Source: a virus
Virus record (IMG/VR): IMGVR_UViG_3300028048_000073
Location: 62,660-126,659 of that record
Length of the DNA: 64,000 bases
Strand: one strand, 5' to 3'
In this document: positions 56,275 to 64,000 of the stretch, one piece after another
Layout: each line of letters opens with the position of its first letter
Position numbering within the stretch: the first letter of the stretch is position 1
Program-made: the position numbers and the translations under genes
Notes under the pieces: model-generated
Database searches by the model: none
The model's input: only the letters and a program-made list of their open reading frames with translations
Told to the model about the DNA's origin: nothing

Positions 56275-57069
56275 AATTATGAGTCCCGCCTTTTTCAAAG
56301 TTCCGCCCAATTCAAGACATCTGTCACATATGCGGCAGGCGCCTGTGCGTAGACAACGCAAGCGGCAATCGATACGAGCCTCCGCAAATTGCTTAATGAT
56401 ATATCGACTATCTATTGGCTGTTTAAGTCCAATGATAATTTCCTGCAACTCGCCAAACCACTTCTTGTCTTTGGCATATATCTTATAATAAACTGATTGT
56501 TCTGTTAGCTTCTCTTTGAAATAAAATTCACAAATGTCAAGAGAATCATCATATGTAACGATATCTTCGGGACGTATGAAAAAAGAATGTAAGTCATAAA
56601 TAGGAAGTTCCTGCTGTGCTATATTTGGAAAGGTTCTGGTCTTTATGTTGCGGCTATGGCAAAATTTACCAACCTCTACCATATCAAAACCAAGAGCTTC
56701 AGTGACATAAATATCTGAAACGCCAAATTCCGCTTGTGTACGGAGTTTCAGCCATGTGTTTGCCATGTCAATGAAAAAATAATCAATTCCCGCATCCTTA
56801 AACGGTTTAATGTCGTCAAGATTTTCACATTCTCTTGGAAGCAAAATAGCGAAATTGATTAGATTCATCTCTTGCTTTAGCGCAAGGAATACTTTTAAAA
56901 GTCCTTTTTCTGTTAAATGATTTTTATCCATAAGTTTTATAATAATTCTTTGGTTAGGGCGTTTAGAAATAAATGAACCATAGTTATGATTTTCTGTTGT
57001 TTCTATCATAAGTTCATCGACTTCATCCATATAATCCCCGCCAAAGATATAGTCTAGACAATATTTCAT
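56254..57069 (-). CDS. hypothetical protein with a C-terminal Cys cluster
   Basis: C-terminal CRLRCLRTGACRICDRC. The start is taken at MKYCLDY after a ribosome-binding site. Confidence 0.3.
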   Translation of the reverse strand: MKYCLDYIFGGDYMDEVDELMIETTENHNYGSFISKRPNQRIIIKLMDKNHLTEKGLLKVFLALKQEMNLINFAILLPRECENLDDIKPFKDAGIDYFFIDMANTWLKLRTQAEFGVSDIYVTEALGFDMVEVGKFCHSRNIKTRTFPNIAQQELPIYDLHSFFIRPEDIVTYDDSLDICEFYFKEKLTEQSVYYKIYAKDKKWFGELQEIIIGLKQPIDSRYIIKQFAEARIDCRLRCLRTGACRICDRCLELGGTLKKAGLIIDNSKKI

Positions 57070-57134
57070 ACCTTTAACTCCTTTATATAGAAATATGAGG
57101 CGACATTGCTGCCGCCTCTTGTAGGGGGTTATTA

Positions 57135-57521
57135 TCACTCTGCCAGCTTGTAGTGCATTGTACGCTTGCCATCGACGTTGATAGCTGTCTTCTCAACCTC
57201 TCCAGCCTTGAAGAGCTGCCCAAGACGAGCGCTTACCTTTGCACGAGTAATCTCGGGGTCATCGAGACCCATAGCATCCATAATCTGAGGGATTGTCTGA
57301 AACTCGTTTGTCAAAGCACCGTAAACCATGTCACGAAGCTCGTCACCCTCTGCCTTACGAACAGCTGCCTGTGCCTTAGCCTTTGCTGCCTTAGTCTCAA
57401 TCTGCTCAATCTGCTTTGCACAGAACTCCTTAAGCTCTGCTGCGTGCTCCGCGTCCTCAGGAATGTATGTAGCCAGAAGTGCAAACATATCCTTTTTTAC
57501 CATCTTATCAGCCATAATCAC
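57135..57521 (-). CDS. GC-rich Ala/Lys-rich small protein, hypothetical
   Basis: 128-aa ORF. Its composition differs from the neighbouring genes. Confidence 0.3.
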   Translation of the reverse strand: MIMADKMVKKDMFALLATYIPEDAEHAAELKEFCAKQIEQIETKAAKAKAQAAVRKAEGDELRDMVYGALTNEFQTIPQIMDAMGLDDPEITRAKVSARLGQLFKAGEVEKTAINVDGKRTMHYKLAE

Positions 57522-57574
57522 TATCTCCTTTTTCTCTTTTAAATTTTTTGTTTTGTTTGTTTTCTTATCTTTAC

Positions 57575-57612
57575 TGTATTTATATTATACCAAAAATTTT
57601 TATAGAACTCAA
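57575..57612 (-). promoter_or_regulatory. Conserved early promoter with a weak -35
   Basis: TTGAGT-N17-TATAAT. Confidence 0.4.
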
Positions 57613-57618
57613 ATTTTT

Positions 57619-57840
57619 TTAGGGGTTAAGAAGTGAATCAAGTTCTGTGCGGGTCAATGAGTTGTATGTAAGGTTATTGTAATGAAGAACGTCATCTATG
57701 CAGACATTTGGATTTGCGCCATGAGAAATAAGCGAAGCCATATCCTCCCGTGCCTTATTTACCTTGTAGTCATGCTCTTCCGCGGAGTCAAGCATACCGC
57801 AATCCTCCAGCTTAAACATCTCGAATGGTGAATAGAACAT
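57619..57840 (-). CDS. small hypothetical protein
   Basis: 73-aa ORF. Confidence 0.3.
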   Translation of the reverse strand: MFYSPFEMFKLEDCGMLDSAEEHDYKVNKAREDMASLISHGANPNVCIDDVLHYNNLTYNSLTRTELDSLLNP

Positions 57841-57854
57841 ACGTAGCCCTCCTA

Positions 57855-58115
57855 TTAATAATCGCTAAGGTCGAATCCTGCGCAATCATACTTACCGTAA
57901 TCGACTGCTGTTCCTCTTATTGCTTCTGCCGCGCAGTAATTAGCATACATTTCCTCTATCTCCTCGTCAGTGGGGAGGTAAACAAAAGGTGCGTCTGCCG
58001 CCTCATAGTCCTGCATCATTTTTTCGATGTACTCATCGTACTCCTTATCAGATGTAATGCCTGCCTCTGCGCAGAAGATTTCCTCCAGAGTCATATCTTC
58101 GTAATTCTTATTCAT
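57855..58115 (-). CDS. small acidic protein
   Basis: 86-aa ORF. Confidence 0.3.
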   Translation of the reverse strand: MNKNYEDMTLEEIFCAEAGITSDKEYDEYIEKMMQDYEAADAPFVYLPTDEEIEEMYANYCAAEAIRGTAVDYGKYDCAGFDLSDY

Positions 58116-58134
58116 ATTTGATACCCCTTTCCTT

Positions 58135-58176
58135 ATCTTCTATATATATTATATCAAAAATTTTTGAAATTTTCAA
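58135..58176 (-). promoter_or_regulatory. Conserved early promoter
   Basis: TTGAAA-N17-TATAAT-ATATATAGAAG. Confidence 0.55.
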
Positions 58177-58956
58177 TTAGGAATTAAATGAAGCATAGTC
58201 AGTTATTACAGGGCGATGGTTGATGTATCCAACATTCGAGCTATGAAGATCCTCAATGCCAGTATCTTCAAGATACTTCCAAAGAGCTGCGACTTCCTTT
58301 ATACCATAATAAAGGTAAAAATCAACTATCCATTTTCTCGGACTCCTCCACCTTATCTGACAGTCTTTGATGCCAAGGTATTCTTTTAATTCAGCCTTTA
58401 TCTCATTATAAAGATGAAAAGCTTCTTGTTCTTTTTCATCTTCTTTGTACTCAGCTTCACCTTCATAGATACGAGCTCTCTCTTGCACATAGACAGGATG
58501 TCCATGACTGTAACCTATCAAAACTGTTTCTGCAAAAAAAGCATCTACACCATTTAGACAGGCATCATCAAAGAGGATTGTTTCTACTTCGCAGTAATCC
58601 CAATTTCTAACAAGTTTATCTTCAAGTCTGGGCGGTAATGACTGCCAAGCAGAATCAAAAGACTCTGAACAACTATTGTATGTGATGCAGGTATTGCCAT
58701 CCTCGTCTGTATAATATGAACGATAATATCCTTCACCGCTCTCAGTAAAAGGAATCTTTACCACAATATTCGGATAATCGTCAAGGAAAAGGACACCTTT
58801 AGAAACACCAGAATCAAAACGGTAAACACCATTTCCCCAGCATCTATCAAAAATATATTCAAAGTTATCCTCATTGATATCCGCATCATCAGATAAGTCT
58901 GCTCTATCAACAATAGAAAGAATATCTTTGATTTCCTTTTGTGTTAATTCTACCAT
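58177..58956 (-). CDS. hypothetical acidic protein
   Basis: 259-aa ORF. Confidence 0.3.
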   Translation of the reverse strand: MVELTQKEIKDILSIVDRADLSDDADINEDNFEYIFDRCWGNGVYRFDSGVSKGVLFLDDYPNIVVKIPFTESGEGYYRSYYTDEDGNTCITYNSCSESFDSAWQSLPPRLEDKLVRNWDYCEVETILFDDACLNGVDAFFAETVLIGYSHGHPVYVQERARIYEGEAEYKEDEKEQEAFHLYNEIKAELKEYLGIKDCQIRWRSPRKWIVDFYLYYGIKEVAALWKYLEDTGIEDLHSSNVGYINHRPVITDYASFNS

Positions 58957-58974
58957 TTGCCCCTCTCCTTTTCT

Positions 58975-59018
58975 TAACTTTCTATATATATTATATCAAA
59001 AATTTTTAAAAAAATAAA
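58975..59018 (-). promoter_or_regulatory. Conserved early promoter with a weak -35
   Basis: TATAAT-ATATATAGAAAGTTAAGAAAAGGAG. Confidence 0.45.
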
Positions 59019-59039
59019 GAGCGGCTCACTAGCCGCCCC

Positions 59040-59252
59040 TTAGTCATCTCTTTTTCTTGCATCTTCCAACTTTTTACGTTTTAAATTTTTGCGGATAGGC
59101 TCTCTGCCACGTACAGGCTCATACTTTTGGCAGTGTACGCAGGAATGCCATAGCGTTCCCTCCTTGCCATTGGCGCAGTCCTTTTCCGCCCTATACCATT
59201 TGCATAACGCGTCACGGTCCTTCATTAGGCTTGTTCCTCCCCCGCTGTTCAA
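59040..59252 (-). CDS. small basic Cys-containing protein
   Basis: 70-aa ORF. Confidence 0.3.
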   Translation of the reverse strand: MNSGGGTSLMKDRDALCKWYRAEKDCANGKEGTLWHSCVHCQKYEPVRGREPIRKNLKRKKLEDARKRDD

Positions 59253-59365
59253 TTATATCATATACTGACAGAGCAATCATAACAATGGCAAGAATTACTC
59301 CAATAGCAAAACCATTGTAAGCAAAAATAACTCCATAAGCAATCTGCAAGATTATTGATATAATA

Positions 59366-59605
59366 TTAAATTTCATAAGGCGATCGATCCTCCTCTAAAC
59401 TTCTCCATGGTGCTTTTGCATCGTATTCACGGCAAATACAGCCACATTCAGGACATACTACAGTGTTATATTCATGATAAAATTCAATTGAAAATCCAAC
59501 ATCTTCTTGTTCAAAAGAAAATTTACAACCACAGTCTACACAAGTTGTCCATTTAGGAAAACGAAAATCTTTCCAAGTGTCGCCATGTTCAATTACTTTT
59601 TTCAT
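59366..59605 (-). CDS. zinc-ribbon protein
   Basis: CVDCGC...CPECGC. Confidence 0.35.
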   Translation of the reverse strand: MKKVIEHGDTWKDFRFPKWTTCVDCGCKFSFEQEDVGFSIEFYHEYNTVVCPECGCICREYDAKAPWRSLEEDRSPYEI

Positions 59606-59631
59606 AGTAACTTCCTTTCTATTTCTTTAAA

Positions 59632-59853
59632 TTAATATAGTATGATTTTTCTTTTGCACTCTGGACAATAAATATAGTCTTGTGCTATCTCTGGCGGGGG
59701 ACTGCATAAATTTTTATAAAATGTTGTTTTTATATCTTCTTTGTCATATAGAAAAACACATTTACATTCATTACACATTTTCTGCTTAGGAAATTCATCA
59801 CTCCACTTGGTTCCATGACGAATTACTTGCATCCGTCCTTCACCTCCCGCCAC
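59632..59853 (-). CDS. zinc-ribbon protein
   Basis: CNECKC...CPECKRK. Confidence 0.35.
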   Translation of the reverse strand: MAGGEGRMQVIRHGTKWSDEFPKQKMCNECKCVFLYDKEDIKTTFYKNLCSPPPEIAQDYIYCPECKRKIILY

Positions 59854-60014
59854 GGGTAGAAGCCTGGCTCATCCTCAAACAGCTCCTCGCCGCATTTTGG
59901 ACACTCCACAACATCGGTAAAAGCAGAAGGTCTTGGTAACTTTCTTTTGTCTATACCAACAAAAGTAAAAGCGTGACCGCAATATTTGCAAATCGTTTCG
60001 TATCTCATAATCAA
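59823..60014 (-). CDS. zinc-ribbon protein
   Basis: CKYCGH...CPKCGEE. Confidence 0.35.
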   Translation of the reverse strand: MIMRYETICKYCGHAFTFVGIDKRKLPRPSAFTDVVECPKCGEELFEDEPGFYPWREVKDGCK

Positions 60015-60177
60015 TCCTCCATGTCTTTAATAGTGTCATAAATTACAACACCCCAAGTCATTCCGCCGAAAATGTTAAATAACATATTGGTTGTTTCTGT
60101 ATTATAATTACAATTTAAAAAAAATGTAATTACAAAAGCAATAAGTGTTACAGTTCTGAAAATTGTCAATTTGTAGT

Positions 60178-60363
60178 TCATATCTCATCATCCTTCACCA
60201 TACTAAGTAAAGTCAAACAGGAGCCAAAGCAGCTACCTAAAAGGATAAGACCAATATAGATAAGCGGCTCTGCTTCAATTCCTTTTCCAATAGCAACAAT
60301 AAAAAACCCGAATATCGCTCGAAGAAGAATCATTAGTATTTCAAAAAGAATCTCTATATCCAT
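60178..60363 (-). CDS. small membrane protein
   Basis: Two predicted transmembrane helices. Confidence 0.3.
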   Translation of the reverse strand: MDIEILFEILMILLRAIFGFFIVAIGKGIEAEPLIYIGLILLGSCFGSCLTLLSMVKDDEI

Positions 60364-60373
60364 GTTTGCCCCC

Positions 60374-60997
60374 TTATTCGATAGGCTGAAGTATACATCT
60401 TGTAAGTACAGTCTGTTTTTGCTGCCCGTACTCTTTATGATCTTTTACCGTGCCAGAAAGCAAGATCTCGTCACCGACACCCTCTTCCTTAAAAGATGAT
60501 GTAAACCAGCAAAGAACTGAGTTGCCAGACTCAAAAGTAAACAATGTTGAAATGCCGTACTTGGAATTGATTTCCTTTTTCCCGACAATAACTGCGGGAA
60601 TCTTGCGGAGCCTGTCACCGATTGCGCCGATAAATTCGGAATTGGTCATCGTACTTGCCAATTCGATCTCTCTTTTGGGCTGATACGGTTTAAGGGTTTC
60701 TTTAACGAAAGCTTCTGCGCCATCTTTTTCGGTCATTGTTGAAATAGAAGCCAACCAGTCGTAAATATCCTCTTCGAAGATCGGCACCCACACAAACCCC
60801 TCCATCTCAAATGTCTGCGGAGAGTGCCAACCAAGCAGCTTGTTGAAAACACAGTCATTCTGCTTTAAAGTATCCTTCACTTCATAGGTGTTGCCACCCG
60901 TAATGACATAGGTAACATACTTGCCGTCAACCTGCTTAAAGCCATTTCTTTTAAGCCATTCAGCTCTTGTTTCATTCTTTTTTCTATACATAGACAC
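60374..60997 (-). CDS. hypothetical protein
   Basis: 207-aa ORF directly downstream of a promoter. Confidence 0.35.
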   Translation of the reverse strand: MSMYRKKNETRAEWLKRNGFKQVDGKYVTYVITGGNTYEVKDTLKQNDCVFNKLLGWHSPQTFEMEGFVWVPIFEEDIYDWLASISTMTEKDGAEAFVKETLKPYQPKREIELASTMTNSEFIGAIGDRLRKIPAVIVGKKEINSKYGISTLFTFESGNSVLCWFTSSFKEEGVGDEILLSGTVKDHKEYGQQKQTVLTRCILQPIE

Positions 60998-61021
60998 TCA
61001 CCTTTCTTTTTTTCTTTTTTA

Positions 61022-61060
61022 TTGTATTTATATTATATCAAAATTTTTAGAATTTTTCAA
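61022..61060 (-). promoter_or_regulatory. Conserved early promoter
   Basis: TTGAAA-N17-TATAAT. Confidence 0.55.
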
Positions 61061-61168
61061 TAAAGGGGCTTTTGGGTCAAAAAATCTGTAAACCTCTTTT
61101 TGATTCCTGTACACGACAGAGCGCGCGCCGGCAAAAAATTTTTGACACAAGAAAATGATAAGTTTTAT

Positions 61169-61197
61169 TTGAAAAACAAAAAAATTTTTGATATAAT
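61169..61197 (+). promoter_or_regulatory. Divergent plus-strand consensus promoter
   Basis: TTGAAA-N17-TATAAT on the plus strand, upstream of 61238. Confidence 0.55.
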
Positions 61198-61237
61198 AAA
61201 GGTACAATAAAATTAAAAATGAAAAGGAGAGTTTGGT

Positions 61238-61720
61238 GTGGAAGACCTTGTTATGGCAGGAAAAATGCGCTTCATCGAGGATATCAATAGAAAGCAAAAA
61301 CATGGAAAGTTAACAGGTTGCTTTTACGCCAACTTTTATCCACGATGGAAAGATTTTGGTGAGGATAGCGATGTTGCTTTTACTGGCTTTTGGTGGGTAG
61401 GTGCCCAAACATATCGCAAAAGAAGAGAACTAAACCTCGATGAAAAAGAATATCAAACCTTTACTGGTGGGTTTAATTTAATCCCTTGGTATATAGAACA
61501 AATAGTGGAGTTACAGAGATATATTCGATTAAACCAGCTCAATACACCAATTATTATATACGGCTCCGACTCGCGCCGCCGCCATTTATACGAACGCTTT
61601 TTTACAAAGAAGTTAGGATTTTTTGCAACACATTGGACAGATGATGCGAGTATAAAAGTCTTAATGTGGAAACCAGACAGGAGGATTAGATATGACAACA
61701 GTAACGAAAATGCTCGATGA
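61238..61720 (+). CDS. hypothetical protein
   Basis: GTG start. 160-aa ORF. Confidence 0.3.
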   Translation: MEDLVMAGKMRFIEDINRKQKHGKLTGCFYANFYPRWKDFGEDSDVAFTGFWWVGAQTYRKRRELNLDEKEYQTFTGGFNLIPWYIEQIVELQRYIRLNQLNTPIIIYGSDSRRRHLYERFFTKKLGFFATHWTDDASIKVLMWKPDRRIRYDNSNENAR

Positions 61721-62060
61721 TAGAGTATATCCCTACTGTAAAATGAAAATGCCATGCGGTGAAACCAACTTATATTATTTTGATTGGAAACTGGGTGATC
61801 CAGAAGATGACGTTTTTCGGATATGGGAATATCCTAATCATTTTGCTTATTATATTAGCGCTTCGGAGCTAACGAAATATAAACGGCAAGAACTTTATAG
61901 CTACTATGAAAAAATAAAAAAGCATTTTGAAGCGGAAGACTGGAAGATTGAGGGCGGATTAAGATTTCATAGAATAAAAAAAGAAATTTATAAGCAAGAG
62001 ATCTTTGCTACTCTTAAAGAACTTGACGAAGATCCGCGCGCAGATGAGGAGTGGAGATAA
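61692..62060 (+). CDS. hypothetical protein
   Basis: 122-aa ORF. Confidence 0.3.
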   Translation: MTTVTKMLDDRVYPYCKMKMPCGETNLYYFDWKLGDPEDDVFRIWEYPNHFAYYISASELTKYKRQELYSYYEKIKKHFEAEDWKIEGGLRFHRIKKEIYKQEIFATLKELDEDPRADEEWR

Positions 62061-62437
62061 TGGCTATTAACATTAAAATTAAAAATTTGAATATGGCAAT
62101 TGATAAAGGGGCGCAGGAGGCTTTTCTTAATCTTGTTGCAAATATTCAAACTATTATTCCTTACTATTGCTACAATGATAAAATTTATAATTATATCTTT
62201 AACCCCGATTATGAGTGTGATCTTGACGACTTAAACTGTTCTATTGAGGCTTGCCTTTGTAAGTATAATAAAAAGGTAAATGAAAAGTTATGGGTAACAA
62301 GTGTACAAAAATGGTTACCAGATGAGAACGCATATTTTTATGGTATTTTTAATGACTATTTTGCTATTTCTTTTGAAGCGGAAGACGTTATTTGGGATAT
62401 GGAGCGTGGTTCAGTTAGACTTTGGTCAGAATGGTAA
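62051..62437 (+). CDS. hypothetical protein
   Basis: 128-aa ORF. Confidence 0.3.
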   Translation: MEIMAINIKIKNLNMAIDKGAQEAFLNLVANIQTIIPYYCYNDKIYNYIFNPDYECDLDDLNCSIEACLCKYNKKVNEKLWVTSVQKWLPDENAYFYGIFNDYFAISFEAEDVIWDMERGSVRLWSEW

Positions 62438-62445
62438 TTTCTTAA

Positions 62446-62474
62446 TTGATAAAATTTAAAATTTTTGATATAAT
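62446..62474 (+). promoter_or_regulatory. Plus-strand consensus promoter
   Basis: TTGATA-N17-TATAAT-ATATATAGAAAATAAAGAAAGGG. Confidence 0.55.
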
Positions 62475-62505
62475 ATATATAGAAAATAAAGAAAGGGTGG
62501 ATACC

Positions 62506-62916
62506 AAAATGGAAATGCCAAAAACAATTACAAAAAAATACCTCGTAGCAAGTCTTTATCGAAACGGAAAATATGAAAGCGAATCTTTATTCTCCGGTAT
62601 TTATGATTATACCTCTTATGCCTCTTATAGGTATTTAGACTTAGATTATCTTGAGGTTGAGCAAGATGTCATTGAGCATCCTAATCCGGTATGGGTTGGT
62701 GATGAATCACTTCTTACCGCGCATGATTTTCGCGATGATGAAGAAATTGAAGATCTTCTTAATAAAGTCGCAGAAGTTGCTGGTAACGGTATTTCTTTTA
62801 AAAATCCTTACTTCATTACTGTTACTTTTTATATTACTGCATCGACAGAAAAGAAAATGCTTATTAATATAAAAGATGATTATAAAGGGTATATTAGAAG
62901 TGCTGCGCGGGAGTGA
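62506..62916 (+). CDS. hypothetical protein
   Basis: The start is taken at MEMPKT after a ribosome-binding site. Confidence 0.3.
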   Translation, partial: KMEMPKTITKKYLVASLYRNGKYESESLFSGIYDYTSYASYRYLDLDYLEVEQDVIEHPNPVWVGDESLLTAHDFRDDEEIEDLLNKVAEVAGNGISFKNPYFITVTFYITASTEKKMLINIKDDYKGYIRSAARE

Positions 62917-62970
62917 CCCCTGAGAAGCTGTCAGATATTGGGGTATTGAAGAAGAGGAGGAAGAATATTA

Positions 62971-63294
62971 ATGCAGAGAAAAATCTATTACGTTATTAGC
63001 CCGATTCGCAACATTGACCTTTCTGTTGGCAACAAACACTATAATATTACTACTGACTGCTGGGGAGTAGTTACTGATGCATATGAGAAGGACTACAAAA
63101 ACTATTTTGTGTGCGCTTTTCCTGCAAAAGTTTCTTTCATTGGCGAGAATGGGGAAACAATAGAAAGAGTAGAGCGTAGATATATTGACCTTAAGCAGAG
63201 TGAGATTAGGGTTCTTGGATGGGGACGTGCTCCCTTTGAGGACGACTATCAAGCAAAGAGCGCGAAAATGTGCATCGATTTCTTTGAAAATTAA
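62971..63294 (+). CDS. hypothetical protein
   Basis: 107-aa ORF. Confidence 0.3.
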   Translation: MQRKIYYVISPIRNIDLSVGNKHYNITTDCWGVVTDAYEKDYKNYFVCAFPAKVSFIGENGETIERVERRYIDLKQSEIRVLGWGRAPFEDDYQAKSAKMCIDFFEN

Positions 63295-63315
63295 AGATAA
63301 AAAGGAAAGGTAAAA

Positions 63316-63504
63316 ATGTTAGTTTCTTCTCAAGACGCAAGAAGATTATTAACACTAACTTGGGATATATTTAGTATATTATCAAACAATGAGGAATGGT
63401 TTGCATTAGAACAAATTCAGTTTGTGTTTGCATATTATGATAAAGAGCCGTTTGAATTAGAAGAAATTGAAACTGCTTGTAACTTTCTTGAAAAAACAAG
63501 ATGA
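63316..63504 (+). CDS. small hypothetical protein
   Basis: 62-aa ORF. Confidence 0.3.
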   Translation: MLVSSQDARRLLTLTWDIFSILSNNEEWFALEQIQFVFAYYDKEPFELEEIETACNFLEKTR

Positions 63505-63648
63505 TTTTTAAAAAGCAAGATGGACGGTATGGAAGGCGCGGAACTTGGGGATATAAGGAAGATCACCCTGAAATAGCAAAAACATCAAAATGGTAATATT
63601 TAACCGTCTAATGAGCGAGGAACATCTATAATTAAAGGAGGACTAATT

Positions 63649-64000
63649 ATGGAAAAGTATTTTGTCGAAGGGCGCGGATATGGAGTATTGATATCACCAG
63701 GCTATGGCCGGGAGTTTTCAGCCAGCATGAACGACCAATCTATTGCAATAGATAAAAGAGTTATTGAGGCGGCATATGCGTGTGCGGATGCAGTTATCTC
63801 TCGTAAAGGGTGGGGTGCTGATTACGACGAGTTGCGCGGTTTTGATAACGAAAAGTTTTCAAAGATGTTGGTTGAACTCGGCTACTTCGAAGATGATGGT
63901 GAACCTCTTTATACCCCTCTTTATACCGCAGACGACTTCACTGTAGAATTTCTACATGAAGGAACTATGTTTAAAATTAGCGAGTATGATGGCTCTGAAC
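63649..64000 (+). CDS. hypothetical protein; partial, runs off the window end
   Basis: An AGGAGG ribosome-binding site precedes ATGGAAAAG. The frame is open to the window end. Confidence 0.3.
   Translation, partial: MEKYFVEGRGYGVLISPGYGREFSASMNDQSIAIDKRVIEAAYACADAVISRKGWGADYDELRGFDNEKFSKMLVELGYFEDDGEPLYTPLYTADDFTVEFLHEGTMFKISEYDGSE

Overview
This 64 kb window looks like the genome of a large, AT-rich virulent phage, or an unusually large prophage, of a low-GC Gram-positive and probably anaerobic host. The evidence is consensus sigma-70-type promoters, AGGAGG ribosome-binding sites, an endolysin with Amidase_2 and SH3b domains, and a pyruvate formate-lyase gene. Positions 1-36603 are transcribed on the minus strand. 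They carry a T4-like replication and repair module: a RecJ-like DHH exonuclease, a DnaG-like primase, a DnaB-like helicase, an AAA ATPase, a candidate SSB, NAD-dependent LigA, and two-subunit topoisomerase II (GyrB-like and GyrA-like). The RecJ-like, DnaB, AAA ATPase and GyrA genes are each split by a group I intron carrying a homing endonuclease, GIY-YIG in two cases and LAGLIDADG in two. Further free-standing nuclease-like ORFs are present. The same arm holds an RNA healing and sealing cluster: a T4-Pnk-like kinase, a calcineurin-like phosphoesterase carrying an in-frame TAG, a nucleotidyltransferase-fold protein and an Rnl1-type RNA ligase. Next to these sit a higher-GC major-vault-protein-like gene of 801 aa and a full-length glycyl-radical pyruvate formate-lyase. 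Positions 36712-48149 on the plus strand encode tail-fibre or adhesin-type genes: a BspA-type LRR protein, three tandem diverged paralogs, and two fibre genes sharing a duplicated 5' module. Positions 48389-54107 hold a minus-strand array of about 17 tRNA or tRNA-like genes, most with their own copy of a strongly conserved promoter. Several are atypical: one has an 8-nt anticodon loop, one is a Leu-like tRNA with a 49-nt insertion at anticodon position 34/35, several have G1-U72, and several have non-canonical T-loops. Positions 54200-61100 (minus) and 61170-64000 (plus) carry many small early-type genes, among them Cys-rich zinc-ribbon proteins. These diverge from a region near 61100 and are driven by more than 25 copies of the same TTGAAA-N17-TATAAT promoter. 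All calls rest on reading the sequence by eye, on motifs, and on recalled family signatures. No database searches were run.
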